Shown in pieces: positions 1 through 10,516 of a DNA stretch of 39,376 nucleotides. Every line of letters begins with the position of its first letter. Position 1 is the stretch's first letter. The translations under genes and the position numbers were made by a program. The stretch is taken from the sequence record DRR378314_1300; one strand, 5' to 3'. The notes beneath the pieces are model-generated. The model did not search any database. It was not told where the DNA came from and was given only the letters and a program-made list of their open reading frames with translations.

Positions 1-907
<907 letters not shown>

Positions 908-970
908 TCATCAAAGATACGGTAAAAGAAAAACTGGGGGCGCATATGATACACCAGCGACATCCGGGAA

Positions 971-1615
971 TCAGTCGTAAACCGAGCGGTTTGCCTTCTC
1001 CGCCAGTTCCCGGGCGGTCATGATGACCTTGCGGCGCGTGAAGATAAGCTGCCAGCGGCGACCACCCGTCTGGTGCCAAAGGATTGCCGATCGAATACCG
1101 GCCAGCAACAGGGCGCGTACCTTGGCTGCGTTCTCTTCGCGTTGAAGGATAGTGGGTTCACCGCTGACCTGGATGCGCTGGCGGAAAGTGCTGATGGTAT
1201 CCGTGTAAATCGACGCCACGTTGGCAATCAGGTTGCTGTGGCTGTAACCGAAATGGCTGGCGGTGTGCCGCGCCTGATCGATGCGGCTGCCAATCACGTC
1301 CAGCATATCGCTTTTGTGGCGGAGCTTGGAGGACAGGTTGATCAGATTCAGGGCGTAACGGAGTACTTCGATGTCCTGCTGTTTGCTCTGTTGGCTCAAG
1401 ACGCTGGCGAGAGTGGACAGGCCTTCACGCAGATCCTTCAGTTCACCACCGAACACATCCAGGGTTGTTTCCGGCTGCGTGGCAAACAGCGAGCGCAGGC
1501 AGGTTTCAAAGCTGGATTCTGCACACTGGCCTGAGTGAGCCACCTGTTGAACCAGTGCGGAGGCCTGGAAAACGCCCGCCAGAGCGAGGGTCTGGTCGTG
1601 TATCGATCGGCTCAT
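971..1615 (-). CDS. hflD: High-frequency lysogenization protein HflD
   Basis: [17 protein letters not shown]...[31 protein letters not shown] at 1615 overlaps the mnmA stop (ATGA); mnmA-hflD-purB synteny. Confidence 0.93.
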   Translation of the reverse strand: MSRSIHDQTLALAGVFQASALVQQVAHSGQCAESSFETCLRSLFATQPETTLDVFGGELKDLREGLSTLASVLSQQSKQQDIEVLRYALNLINLSSKLRHKSDMLDVIGSRIDQARHTASHFGYSHSNLIANVASIYTDTISTFRQRIQVSGEPTILQREENAAKVRALLLAGIRSAILWHQTGGRRWQLIFTRRKVIMTARELAEKANRSVYD

Positions 1616-2772
1616 GCGCCGGCTCCCTCCGCCTTGTTTTCTGTATCCGCGGGCGCCTGTTCTCCGTCCCGCCATGTCTGTTCAATAACGCCGCCGCCGA
1701 GGCAGACCTCGTCATGGTAAAAGACGACCGACTGGCCCGGAGTCACCGCTCGCTGGGCGTCATCAAAAACAACCCTGAATCCAGTGCCCTGGGCTGTCAC
1801 CACACAGTCCTGGTCCGGTTGGCGGTAACGGGTCTTCGCCTTGCAGCGGAATTCCGTCGCCGGGGGTTCACCGGCAATCCAATCCACCGGTCCGCTGATC
1901 AGCCCGCGGGAGAACAGTAAGGGATGGTGCTTGCCCTGAACGGCAATCAATACATTGCGGGACAGATCTTTCTCCGCGACGTACCAGGGCTCGTCGCCAA
2001 ACTCGCTGAGGCCACCGATGCCCAGGCCCTGGCGCTGGCCAATGGTGTGGTACATCAGTCCCTGATGGCGGCCAATAACCTGCCCGTCGGGGGTCTCGAT
2101 GTTGCCCGGCTGCGCGGGAATGTACTGTTTCAGGAAGTCCCGGAACTTGCGCTCACCGATAAAACAGATGCCGGTGGAATCCTTCTTGTCATGGGTGATG
2201 AAGCCCTGTTCAGCGGCAATGCGCCGTACTTCCGGCTTTTCGAGTTCACCCACGGGGAAGAGGGTGCGGGCAATGCGTTCACCGGAAACGGCGTGCAGGA
2301 AGTAGCTCTGGTCCTTGTTGGGGTCCAGGCCTTTCAGCAGTTCGGCCTTGTCATTGTCTTCGCCCAGCGGGCGCTGGCGGGTGTAATGGCCCGTGGCAAT
2401 GTAGTCGGCACCCAGAGTGACCGCGTAATCGAGAAACGCACGGAACTTTACTTCTTTGTTGCAAAGGATGTCCGGATTCGGTGTCCGTCCAGCTTTGTAT
2501 TCCGACAGGAAGTGTTCAAATACACGATCCCAATACTCCGCCGCAAAACTGGCGGTATGAAGGGTGATGCCAATGGTTTCCGCCACGGCCTGGGCATCCG
2601 CCAGGTCGGTCATGGCAGTGCAATATTCAGTGCCGTCATCCTCGTCCCAGTTTTTCATGAACAGCCCTTCCACTTGGTAGCCCTGGTCCTTAAGGAGCCA
2701 GGCTGCCACGGAGGAGTCCACGCCGCCGGACATGCCGACAATCACTCGAGTGCTTTCAGGGGTTCTAGTCAT
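1612..2772 (-). CDS. mnmA: tRNA 2-thiouridine(34) synthase MnmA
   Basis: [15 protein letters not shown]-loop, [45 protein letters not shown]. Start placed at ATG 2772. Confidence 0.97.
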   Translation of the reverse strand: MTRTPESTRVIVGMSGGVDSSVAAWLLKDQGYQVEGLFMKNWDEDDGTEYCTAMTDLADAQAVAETIGITLHTASFAAEYWDRVFEHFLSEYKAGRTPNPDILCNKEVKFRAFLDYAVTLGADYIATGHYTRQRPLGEDNDKAELLKGLDPNKDQSYFLHAVSGERIARTLFPVGELEKPEVRRIAAEQGFITHDKKDSTGICFIGERKFRDFLKQYIPAQPGNIETPDGQVIGRHQGLMYHTIGQRQGLGIGGLSEFGDEPWYVAEKDLSRNVLIAVQGKHHPLLFSRGLISGPVDWIAGEPPATEFRCKAKTRYRQPDQDCVVTAQGTGFRVVFDDAQRAVTPGQSVVFYHDEVCLGGGVIEQTWRDGEQAPADTENKAEGAGA

Positions 2773-2801
2773 GTCTGGGTCTGTCACGTTCAAAGGGGCG
2801 G

Positions 2802-2810
2802 ATTCTAGCA
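2802..2810 (-). promoter_or_regulatory. Putative extended -10 promoter for mnmA
   Basis: Minus strand reads TGcTAGAAT followed by a GC-rich discriminator (CCGCCCC), about 30 nt before the mnmA ATG. Confidence 0.5.
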
Positions 2811-2821
2811 TTTAAGGCCGG

Positions 2822-3271
2822 TTACGTCTGCGGCTCGACAATGACATCCAGGGGAAAGCGGCGACCGTTTCGGTAATCTTCTATGCACTGCATGACCAGG
2901 GGGCTTCGCAGTTTGTCGGATTGTTGCCTGATCTCTTCCGGCGTCAGCCAGTGGGCTGCAATGATGCCGTCGTCCAATTCCCGGGTCACCCGGTTCAGGG
3001 CTTTGGCTGAGAAGCAAAAACGGTAGTAGGTAACACCATTGGCGGGGGCCTTGTAGGTGTAGATGCCAAGAAAGTGTTCAGGCACAACCTCCCAGCCCGT
3101 TTCCTCCAGCGTTTCTCGCTGCGCGGCGTCAATAATCCTTTCACCTTCTTCAACATGGCCCGCAGGCTGGTTGAAGACCACCTGGCCGTGGCTCACTTCT
3201 TCAACCAGCAGAAAGCGGCCCTGATCATCTTCAACAATAACGGCAACAGTGGCATGGGGTGTCCAGGTCAT
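2822..3271 (-). CDS. nudJ: NUDIX hydrolase, NudJ/YmfB-like
   Basis: Nudix box NQPAGHVEEGERIIDAAQRETLEETGW, N-terminal PHATVA, C-terminal LRSPLV; sits between rluE and mnmA. Confidence 0.85.
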   Translation of the reverse strand: MTWTPHATVAVIVEDDQGRFLLVEEVSHGQVVFNQPAGHVEEGERIIDAAQRETLEETGWEVVPEHFLGIYTYKAPANGVTYYRFCFSAKALNRVTRELDDGIIAAHWLTPEEIRQQSDKLRSPLVMQCIEDYRNGRRFPLDVIVEPQT

Positions 3272-3909
3272 TTTTTGGCACGCCTCCGGGGTGGGTGTTT
3301 GTGAAGTTTTGCCGGTTTCGGCGACGTTTTTCCCGGCGGGGGCGCTGGGGCATGGACGGTCATTGTCCTGTACTCTCCGGGCGCAAGCCCGTCTAGGGTC
3401 CAGTCTCCAATACTGTAGCGAACGAGCCGCAGGGTGGGGAAGCCGACCGCCGCCGTCATCCGACGGACCTGGCGGTTTTTGCCCTCGGTAATGGTGATCC
3501 GCACCCAGCTTGTCGGGACCGACTCCCGGTACCGAACCGGTGGATTCCTGGCCCAGATCTCCGGCGGTGGCATGTTTGCCACCTCGGCCGGGCGCGTTGT
3601 GCCATCTTTCAACTCGACGCCTTTACGCAGTTGTGCAAGAGCCGTATCGCTGATCTCGCCTTCCACCTGAACCCAGTAGGTTTTCGGCATTTTCAGCCGG
3701 GGAGAGGCGATGCGATGTTGAAGTTGTCCGTCATCGGTCAGCAGAAGGAGGCCTTCCGAGTCGTAGTCGAGGCGCCCTGCGGGGTAGATCGTCGGGATGC
3801 GGAGCCAATCGGCGAGGGTGGCTCTGCGAGTACCGTTCGCGTCGCCTTTCTCGTCGGTGAACTGACAAAGGACGCGAAAAGGCTTATTGAACAGAATTAG
3901 GGCAGCCAT
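3268..3909 (-). CDS. rluE: 23S rRNA pseudouridine synthase RluE
   Basis: LILFNKPF.VLCQFTD, GRLDYDSEGLLLLT, EGKNRQVRRMTAAVGFPTLRLVR. Confidence 0.9.
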   Translation of the reverse strand: MAALILFNKPFRVLCQFTDEKGDANGTRRATLADWLRIPTIYPAGRLDYDSEGLLLLTDDGQLQHRIASPRLKMPKTYWVQVEGEISDTALAQLRKGVELKDGTTRPAEVANMPPPEIWARNPPVRYRESVPTSWVRITITEGKNRQVRRMTAAVGFPTLRLVRYSIGDWTLDGLAPGEYRTMTVHAPAPPPGKTSPKPAKLHKHPPRRRAKK

Positions 3910-4046
3910 CGTGGCAAATGAACCTCGATAGGGAAAATCGACATTGGAAAGGGGGCATTATGCCAGAAGAGGAAGGGATCTGTAGGGCGGTCGTCATCTG
4001 AGTTCGGCCGCTCCGGATGGTTGCGAAGCGACCGAACGCATGGACA

Positions 4047-4073
4047 CAAAGAAACAAGCCTGTCGTCGCAGGC
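4047..4073 (-). terminator. Probable intrinsic terminator of cspD
   Basis: Minus strand GCCUG-CGACGA-CAGGC followed by UUGUUUCUUUG. Confidence 0.5.
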
Positions 4074-4109
4074 GGGTCGTGCGTGCACTGACACTGACGG
4101 TGTCAGTGG

Positions 4110-4433
4110 TCAGGCATTTGCTGCGCGGGGATGATCCTGGTAGCCACTTTCCTGGCTCTGCTCCACGTCATCGTCGCTGCCGGGCGTCTCCTCGGAGGCA
4201 CTCTGCGGCTGGCTCTGCTTCTGTGGTTGTTCCTCAGGGACGATGTTGACCGCGTGAATCCCCTTGTCGCTTGGCTTTTTATCGAAAGTGACGGCCTGGC
4301 CGGCCTTTAAGGTTTTGTAACCTTCCATTTGCACTGAAGAGAAGTGAGCAAACAGATCGTCACTGCAGCCTTCCTCGATAATGAAGCCATAACCCTTGGC
4401 ATTGTTAAACCACTTTACTTTGCCTCTTGGCAT
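4110..4433 (-). CDS. cspD: Cold-shock domain protein CspD with acidic C-terminal extension
   Basis: MPRGKVKWFNNAKGYGFI...DLFAHFS...GYKTLKAGQ...GIHAVNI; divergent from clpS as in E. coli and Pseudomonas. Confidence 0.92.
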   Translation of the reverse strand: MPRGKVKWFNNAKGYGFIIEEGCSDDLFAHFSSVQMEGYKTLKAGQAVTFDKKPSDKGIHAVNIVPEEQPQKQSQPQSASEETPGSDDDVEQSQESGYQDHPRAANA

Positions 4434-4687
4434 GATGAACTCCCCTGTTCTTTCACTGTCAGTGTCTTTGTTATTGATGTTATTGCCGAGCGTTTTGCCT
4501 TGCACGGATTGCAGCCTGTTACAGGCTTCTTACGCCAATTTACAATATTTTACATTGCTATCGTACTGTTGACCAATATTCGCTCAGAGTCAATAGCAGT
4601 TATAGCTGGAATGTATGGTTGAACCGGGTCCGGAGCCTGTATCATGGCGATATTGATAACCAGCGCACGCCCGGTTCAGTCCAGTAC

Positions 4688-4716
4688 CTTGAAAACCGGG
4701 CGGCAGACAACCATCT
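4688..4716 (+). promoter_or_regulatory. Putative sigma-32 (RpoH) promoter for clpS-clpA
   Basis: CTTGAAA (4688-4694), 14-nt spacer, AACCATCT (4709-4716); consensus is CTTGAAA-N13/14-CCCCATnT. Confidence 0.55.
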
Positions 4717-4749
4717 TTAGGCAGAGGCACCGATTTCCGGTAAAGAATC

Positions 4750-5109
4750 ATGCGGACTATCCAGAATTCTCTACTAGTATTAAATCAGGGAGAGGACGAT
4801 CAGCCAGGGCGTCAGGACGATGTCAGTGTTGCTCCCGAGAAGCCAGCTCTCAAGCGTCCCGCACGCTTCAGGGTGTTGCTTCTGAACGACGATTACACAC
4901 CCATGGATTTCGTCGTGGATGTGTTGATGAAGTTCTTCGGAATGAACGAAGAAAAGGCGACGCAGGTGATGCTGCTCGTCCATACGCAGGGAAAGGCTGT
5001 ATGCGGGGTATATACCCGGGACATCGCGGAAACAAAGGCGGCACAGGTGAACCAGTATTCCTCGGAATGCGAACATCCGCTCCTTTGCGAGATTGAACGT
5101 GCGGACTGA
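4750..5109 (+). CDS. clpS: Clp protease adaptor ClpS
   Basis: [18 protein letters not shown]...[13 protein letters not shown]...DIAETK...HPLLC. Confidence 0.97.
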   Translation: MRTIQNSLLVLNQGEDDQPGRQDDVSVAPEKPALKRPARFRVLLLNDDYTPMDFVVDVLMKFFGMNEEKATQVMLLVHTQGKAVCGVYTRDIAETKAAQVNQYSSECEHPLLCEIERAD

Positions 5110-5127
5110 TAGACCTTGGGGTGGCCC

Positions 5128-7398
5128 ATGCTGAGCAAAGATCTTGAAATTACATTGAATTCGGCCTTCAAAAGTGCCCGCGACAAACGTCATGAGTTCA
5201 TGACCGTGGAGCATCTTTTGCTGGCCCTGCTCGACAACGATTCGGCAGTGGGCGTCCTGAAAGCATGTGGTGCAGATCTGGCCCGGCTTCAGGAAGAACT
5301 CGTAGAGTTCGTGGACTCAACCACACCACTGATCCCCAGCAACGACAGCGAGCGGGAAACGCAACCCACGCTCGGATTCCAGCGCGTGCTTCAGCGTGCT
5401 GTCTTTCACGTGCAATCCTCTGGCAAGAAGGAGGTGACCGGTGCCAATGTGCTGGTAGCCATCTTCAGTGAGCAGGAAAGCCAGGCGGTCTACGTGCTCA
5501 AGAAGCAGAGTATCGCCCGCATTGACGTGGTGAATTTCGTTTCTCATGGCATCTCTCGCGTTCAGGGTGCCGAGGATCAGGAGGGTCATGACCAGGCGTC
5601 CCACGATGAGGCTGGAGAAGAGGGCGGCGCCTCCCGTCCGCTGGAAAGCTATGCAACCAACCTGAATGAACAGGCTCGCCAGGGCCGCATTGATCCGCTG
5701 ATCGGCCGCGAACACGAGGTTGAGCGGGTGGTTCAGATATTGGTTCGTCGGCGCAAAAACAACCCGCTCCTTGTGGGTGAGGCTGGCGTGGGCAAGACCG
5801 CGATTGCCGAGGGCCTGGCCAAGCGTATTGTCGATAGCCAGGTGCCGGAAATCATTTCCGATGCGGTGGTCTATTCGCTCGACCTGGGCGCACTGTTGGC
5901 CGGAACCAAGTACCGCGGTGATTTCGAGAAGCGGCTGAAGGGGCTGCTTGCGGAATTGAAAAAGGAAAAGCACGCGATTCTGTTCATCGATGAGATACAC
6001 ACCATCATCGGTGCCGGTTCCGCATCCGGCGGTGTGATGGATGCCTCCAACCTGCTCAAGCCCATGTTGAGTTCCGGGGAAATCCGCTGCATCGGTTCCA
6101 CCACGTTCCAGGAGTTTCGTGGCATCTTCGAGAAAGACAGCGCCCTCGCTCGTCGTTTCCAGAAGATCGATGTGAACGAACCGAGCGTCGAGGATACCTA
6201 CCAGATCCTCAAGGGGCTCAAGTCTCACTTCGAGAAGCATCACGATCTGAAGTACACCGATCAGGCACTGCGTGTGGCGGCGGAGCTGTCCGAGCGCTAC
6301 ATCACCGACCGCCACCTGCCGGACAAAGCCATTGATGTGATCGACGAAGCCGGCGCCCATCAGCGCCTGCTGGCGGTGTCCAAGCGCAAGAAGACGATTG
6401 ACGTGTCGGAGATCGAGGATGTGGTGGCCAACATCGCTCGTATTCCGCCGAAGAACGTGTCCACCAGCGACAAGGATCTGCTCCGCAATCTGGAGCGGGA
6501 TCTCAAGATGGTGGTCTTTGGCCAGGATCCGGCCATCGAGTCACTGTCCACCGCGATCAAGCTGGCCCGTGCCGGCCTGAAAGCGCCGGAAAAACCGGAA
6601 GGTGCCTTCCTGTTTGCCGGCCCCACGGGTGTGGGCAAGACCGAGGTTACCAAGCAGCTTGCCAAGGTGCTGGGTATCGAGCTGGTGCGCTTCGATATGT
6701 CGGAGTACATGGAGCGCCATACCGTGTCCCGGTTGATCGGCGCGCCTCCGGGCTATGTCGGCTATGACCAGGGCGGCCTGCTGACCGAGTCGGTGAGCAA
6801 GCATCCGCACTGTGTGCTGCTACTGGATGAGATCGAGAAGGCCCATCCGGAAGTCTTCAACCTGCTGCTGCAGGTGATGGATCACGGTACCCTCACGGAT
6901 AACAATGGCCGCAAGGCGGATTTCCGCCATGTGATCCTGGTGATGACCACCAACGCTGGCGCCGAAAGCATGGCCCGCCGTTCCATTGGCTTCAGTGAGC
7001 AGGACCACAGCACGGACGGCATGGAGATCATATCGAAGACCTTCACGCCGGAGTTCCGCAACCGCCTGGATGGCATTATCCAGTTCGGCGACCTTCAGCC
7101 TGCCACCATCACGCACGTGGTGGACAAGTTCCTCACGGAATTGCAGGCGCAGTTGGACGAGAAGCACGTGGTGCTTCACGTTGACGACGCCGCGAAGGAA
7201 TGGCTGGCCGAGAAGGGCTACGATGTCACCATGGGGGCTCGCCCGATGGCCCGCCTGATCCAGGACAAGATCAAGCGGCCCCTGGCGGAACAGATCCTGT
7301 TCGGCCGGCTGTCGGAGCACGGTGGTGATGTCCACATTCACCTCAAGGATGGTGAACTGGAGTTCGAGTACGAGGACGAACCGGCCGAGGCTGTGTAA
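5128..7398 (+). CDS. clpA: ATP-dependent Clp protease ATPase subunit ClpA
   Basis: MLSKDLE...[15 protein letters not shown]; two Walker A motifs ([16 protein letters not shown]); [24 protein letters not shown]. Confidence 0.98.
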   Translation: MLSKDLEITLNSAFKSARDKRHEFMTVEHLLLALLDNDSAVGVLKACGADLARLQEELVEFVDSTTPLIPSNDSERETQPTLGFQRVLQRAVFHVQSSGKKEVTGANVLVAIFSEQESQAVYVLKKQSIARIDVVNFVSHGISRVQGAEDQEGHDQASHDEAGEEGGASRPLESYATNLNEQARQGRIDPLIGREHEVERVVQILVRRRKNNPLLVGEAGVGKTAIAEGLAKRIVDSQVPEIISDAVVYSLDLGALLAGTKYRGDFEKRLKGLLAELKKEKHAILFIDEIHTIIGAGSASGGVMDASNLLKPMLSSGEIRCIGSTTFQEFRGIFEKDSALARRFQKIDVNEPSVEDTYQILKGLKSHFEKHHDLKYTDQALRVAAELSERYITDRHLPDKAIDVIDEAGAHQRLLAVSKRKKTIDVSEIEDVVANIARIPPKNVSTSDKDLLRNLERDLKMVVFGQDPAIESLSTAIKLARAGLKAPEKPEGAFLFAGPTGVGKTEVTKQLAKVLGIELVRFDMSEYMERHTVSRLIGAPPGYVGYDQGGLLTESVSKHPHCVLLLDEIEKAHPEVFNLLLQVMDHGTLTDNNGRKADFRHVILVMTTNAGAESMARRSIGFSEQDHSTDGMEIISKTFTPEFRNRLDGIIQFGDLQPATITHVVDKFLTELQAQLDEKHVVLHVDDAAKEWLAEKGYDVTMGARPMARLIQDKIKRPLAEQILFGRLSEHGGDVHIHLKDGELEFEYEDEPAEAV

Positions 7399-7427
7399 GC
7401 AGCCCTGAGCGATTCTTCTCCTCCTGG

Positions 7428-7460
7428 AAAGGCCATGCTGGAAACAGCATGGCCTTTTTT
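7428..7460 (+). terminator. Rho-independent terminator after clpA
   Basis: AAAGGCCATGCTG-GAAA-CAGCATGGCCTTT, a perfect stem ending in a T6 run. Confidence 0.9.
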
Positions 7461-7629
7461 GTCACTGGCCGACCATCAATTGACTCTGTTGAAGGGCCAG
7501 CCCTGACATTGTCGTCAATCCAATTGCTCCGCTTCTCTGTCAAATTGTTGTCTGACAGTCAGATTACCTGACGCGTAGGCGCCGTGGTCTGTGTTTCCGT
7601 GAAACAACAATGAAAAGGAGAACCGGGAA

Positions 7630-8661
7630 ATGAAAGCGTTATCCATGCTTTTGCTGGTTGTGCTCGGGCTTTCCGGCTGGAGCAATACCGGCGCCAATGA
7701 GCGCCGTGAGTTCTGTGTGTTTGATGTCGCCGGAGCAAGTGGGTTTGTCTACCGTACGTTGCAGGATTATCACCGAAAGGCCGCATTGGCCGGCGTCCGC
7801 CTTAACATGCGTCCCTACACCGATGAAGATCAGGCCGTCGCGGATTTAAGAGCCGGGCGTTGCGACATTGTAGCGGTGACCGATATGGGCGCCCGTAAAT
7901 TCAACGATTTTTCGGGCTCCATCAGTGCCATCGGTGCGGTTCCCTATTATGAAGACCTGAAAGTGCTGCTTCATATCCTGGCCAGCCCAAGGGTTGACCA
8001 CCATCTTGAGCAGGATGGGTACGAGGTGTTGGGGGTCACGCCTATGGGGGCTGCCTATCTGTTTGTGAATGACCGGGCGATTGATCATGTGGATGCCCTG
8101 AAAGGCAAACGAATCACGGTGTTCGAGGGGCACCACGATGCCCGTCATATGGTTGAGTACGTTGGTGCGGTGCCTGTTGCAGCAAAGATTTCCAACTTCG
8201 CACGGCTTTTCAACGCGGGTGAGGCGGATATCAGTTATGCGCCGGCCGCGGCCTATGAGGTGCTGGAGATGTTTCGAGGCATGGGCGACAAAGGCGGTAT
8301 CGTCGATTACCCCGTGGGGCAGGTGACAGTGCAGTTGATTGCGCGGGCCGGGGATTTTGACGACGCCTTTGTCAGAAAGTCTCGCCGGATCATGTCCAGG
8401 CTGTATCCAGAGGCCATGCGTATCGTGCGGCAGTATGAGCGGTCGATTCCGCCCGAGCGCTGGGTCGAAATATCGCCGGAGGCGGTCAAGGGGTATCAGG
8501 AAATGCTGCGCAGTGTGAGGATCGACATGCAAGAGTCGACGGACGATTCAGGCATGCTGGCTGCCGGCGTCTACCACGATGACATGATGACCATACTGCG
8601 CAAGGTCCGGTGTTATACCAATCCGGGCGCAATGGAGTGTTCGGCGGACAATCGGGAATAG
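7630..8661 (+). CDS. Putative periplasmic solute-binding protein, AdeT/DUF6091-like (DctP-like fold)
   Basis: Signal peptide; FCVFDVAGASG, YTDE...A..DLRAGRCD, FSGSISAIGAVP, P.GAAYLFVNDR, FNAG..D..YAP, C-terminal RC...P...ECS; RBS AAGGAG. Family assignment is from recalled motifs. Confidence 0.7.
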   Translation: MKALSMLLLVVLGLSGWSNTGANERREFCVFDVAGASGFVYRTLQDYHRKAALAGVRLNMRPYTDEDQAVADLRAGRCDIVAVTDMGARKFNDFSGSISAIGAVPYYEDLKVLLHILASPRVDHHLEQDGYEVLGVTPMGAAYLFVNDRAIDHVDALKGKRITVFEGHHDARHMVEYVGAVPVAAKISNFARLFNAGEADISYAPAAAYEVLEMFRGMGDKGGIVDYPVGQVTVQLIARAGDFDDAFVRKSRRIMSRLYPEAMRIVRQYERSIPPERWVEISPEAVKGYQEMLRSVRIDMQESTDDSGMLAAGVYHDDMMTILRKVRCYTNPGAMECSADNRE

Positions 8662-8685
8662 GGCCGGGCTGAAGCGGCCTGAAAA

Positions 8686-8710
8686 TAAAAAGCCCCGGAA
8701 CCGGGGCTTT
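8686..8710. terminator. Terminator between the convergent binding-protein gene and infA
   Basis: AAAGCCCCGG-AA-CCGGGGCTTT, with the longer U tract on the minus (infA) strand. Confidence 0.85.
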
Positions 8711-8727
8711 CAGATCTCATACGGCTA

Positions 8728-8946
8728 TCAACGGGCGCGGTAAACGATGCGTCCTTTGCTCAGGTCGTACGGGGTCAGTTCTACCTTGACCTTGTCGCCG
8801 GTCAGGATGCGGATGTAGTTCTTGCGCATCTTGCCGGAAATGTGAGCGGTAACAATGTGGCCGTTTTCGAGTTCAACCCGGAACATGGTGTTTGGAAGCG
8901 TATCAACAATAACGCCTTCCATTTCAATAGCATCGGATTTCGCCAT
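8728..8946 (-). CDS. infA: Translation initiation factor IF-1
   Basis: [11 protein letters not shown]...[14 protein letters not shown]...[19 protein letters not shown]...PYDLSKGRI. Confidence 0.99.
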   Translation of the reverse strand: MAKSDAIEMEGVIVDTLPNTMFRVELENGHIVTAHISGKMRKNYIRILTGDKVKVELTPYDLSKGRIVYRAR

Positions 8947-9024
8947 TCAGTAAAAACCTCGTAAATTGGCTTGCTGTGATTTTAAATTGCGCAATTCTGC
9001 CTGATTTGTCGCCATTTGGCAAAA

Positions 9025-9738
9025 TCAGTTCACGTCCATGGTGCGCCATAGGCCGTCTTGAAGAGCTTCGATGGGGCGAAACCGGGTTTTATAGTTCATC
9101 TTTCGGCACTCTTCGATCCAATAACCCAGATACAGGTGTGGAAGCTCCAGTCTTTTGGCTTCTTCGATCTGCCAGAGCACGGCAAAGGTGCCCAGGCTCC
9201 TGCTCTCATAGGCAGGATCAAATACGGTGTAGATGGCGGAAAGGCCCTCGTCCAGCATATCGACGGCTGCCAGGCCAACGAGGCGGTCGCCGTCCAGGAT
9301 TTCCACGAACCATGAGTCGGTGGCGCCTTCCACCAGGAACGACATGAACTGCTCGCGTGACGGAGGGTACATATCTCCGTCGGCGTGCCGTTGTTCGATG
9401 TAATGGGCGTAGAGGCTGTAATAGCGTTCCGAGAAGGTCGCCTTGACCATGCGACAGGACAGATCGGCATTCTTCTTTAGCACCCGCCGCTGGCTACGAT
9501 CCGGCTGGAACTGGTCCACTTTCAGCCTGACGGGAACGCAGGCGTTGCAGTTTTCGCAATGGGGGCGATAGTAGTGAGAGCCGCTACGCCGGAAGCCCAG
9601 GGCGGTCAGCTGGCTGTATAGCCGCTTGTCCACATGGGCCCGCGGGTCGACGAACATGGTGGTTGCTTCGCGATCGGGCAGGTAGCTGCAGTCGTGGGCC
9701 GGCGTGGCAAAAAATACCAGGGTCCTGAGATTGCTCAT
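9025..9738 (-). CDS. bpt: Arginyltransferase-like Asp/Glu leucyltransferase (Bpt/ATE family)
   Basis: HDCSYLPDR, GFRRSG..YRPHC..C.AC, H.DGDM, SLGTFAVLWQI, YLGYWI..C.KM.YK. Confidence 0.9.
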   Translation of the reverse strand: MSNLRTLVFFATPAHDCSYLPDREATTMFVDPRAHVDKRLYSQLTALGFRRSGSHYYRPHCENCNACVPVRLKVDQFQPDRSQRRVLKKNADLSCRMVKATFSERYYSLYAHYIEQRHADGDMYPPSREQFMSFLVEGATDSWFVEILDGDRLVGLAAVDMLDEGLSAIYTVFDPAYESRSLGTFAVLWQIEEAKRLELPHLYLGYWIEECRKMNYKTRFRPIEALQDGLWRTMDVN

Positions 9739-10452
9739 TCACACCTCCGGGCCGGGCCATTGCCACCGGAACTCCCAGTCGCGTTGGTCCGGTTTGCTGT
9801 CGACGCATGTTCTGAGTATAGATAAAAATTCGCTGCGTTGGATACACCGGGCCCCCATCCGCAACAAGTGACCGCTTTCCACCTGGCAGTCCATAATGCG
9901 GTATCCCCAGTTTCGGAGCTGATTGGCCAGATGGACCATCAGAACTTTCGAAGCGTTGGTTTCCAGTGAAAACATCGATTCGCCGAAAAAGCAGCGGCCA
10001 ATGGCCAGGCCGTACATGCCGCCGGCCAGTTCGCCTTTTGGATTCCAGGCTTCAATAGAGTGGGCGATGCCTTGTTTGTGAAGTTGGCCGTAGCTGTCGA
10101 TCATGTCCTGGGTGATCCAGGTGCCTTCGGCGCGGGTGTTGGCGCAGAGGCGGATAATGCGCGGGAAGGCCTGGTCGGCGGTGATGGTGAAGTAGCCCTG
10201 GTTGAGGGTGCGCCTCAGGCTTTTGGAGACGTGGATGTCCTCCGGAAATAGGACGCATCGCGGGTTGGGTGACCACCAGAGTATGGGTTGATCGTCGCTG
10301 AACCAGGGGAAGATGCCGTTGCGGTAGGCGAGTTTGAGCCTTTCCGTGGAGAGGTCGCCACCCAGTGCCAGCAATCCGTCTGGGTCGTCCAGGGCCTGTT
10401 CGGCGGGGGGGAACCAGAGTTGGTCGTGTTCTAGCCAGGGTAGTGAGGTCAT
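9739..10452 (-). CDS. aat: Leucyl/phenylalanyl-tRNA--protein transferase
   Basis: DPDGLLALGGDLS, AYRNGIFPWF, WWSPNPR, AHSIEAW, FFGESMFS, NASKV, DCQ. Start placed at ATG 10452. Confidence 0.96.
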   Translation of the reverse strand: MTSLPWLEHDQLWFPPAEQALDDPDGLLALGGDLSTERLKLAYRNGIFPWFSDDQPILWWSPNPRCVLFPEDIHVSKSLRRTLNQGYFTITADQAFPRIIRLCANTRAEGTWITQDMIDSYGQLHKQGIAHSIEAWNPKGELAGGMYGLAIGRCFFGESMFSLETNASKVLMVHLANQLRNWGYRIMDCQVESGHLLRMGARCIQRSEFLSILRTCVDSKPDQRDWEFRWQWPGPEV

Positions 10453-10516
10453 TTGGGTCCGGCCTTGTTGCGGGCCTTTCGGTGGTGTTCTCGGTTTTGC
10501 GGGTGTCGGCGAGTGC

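Noticed and set aside
971..1615. hflD as a sign of a prophage or defence locus
   Set aside because: It is a core chromosomal gene of the mnmA-hflD-purB operon, and no phage genes are present.
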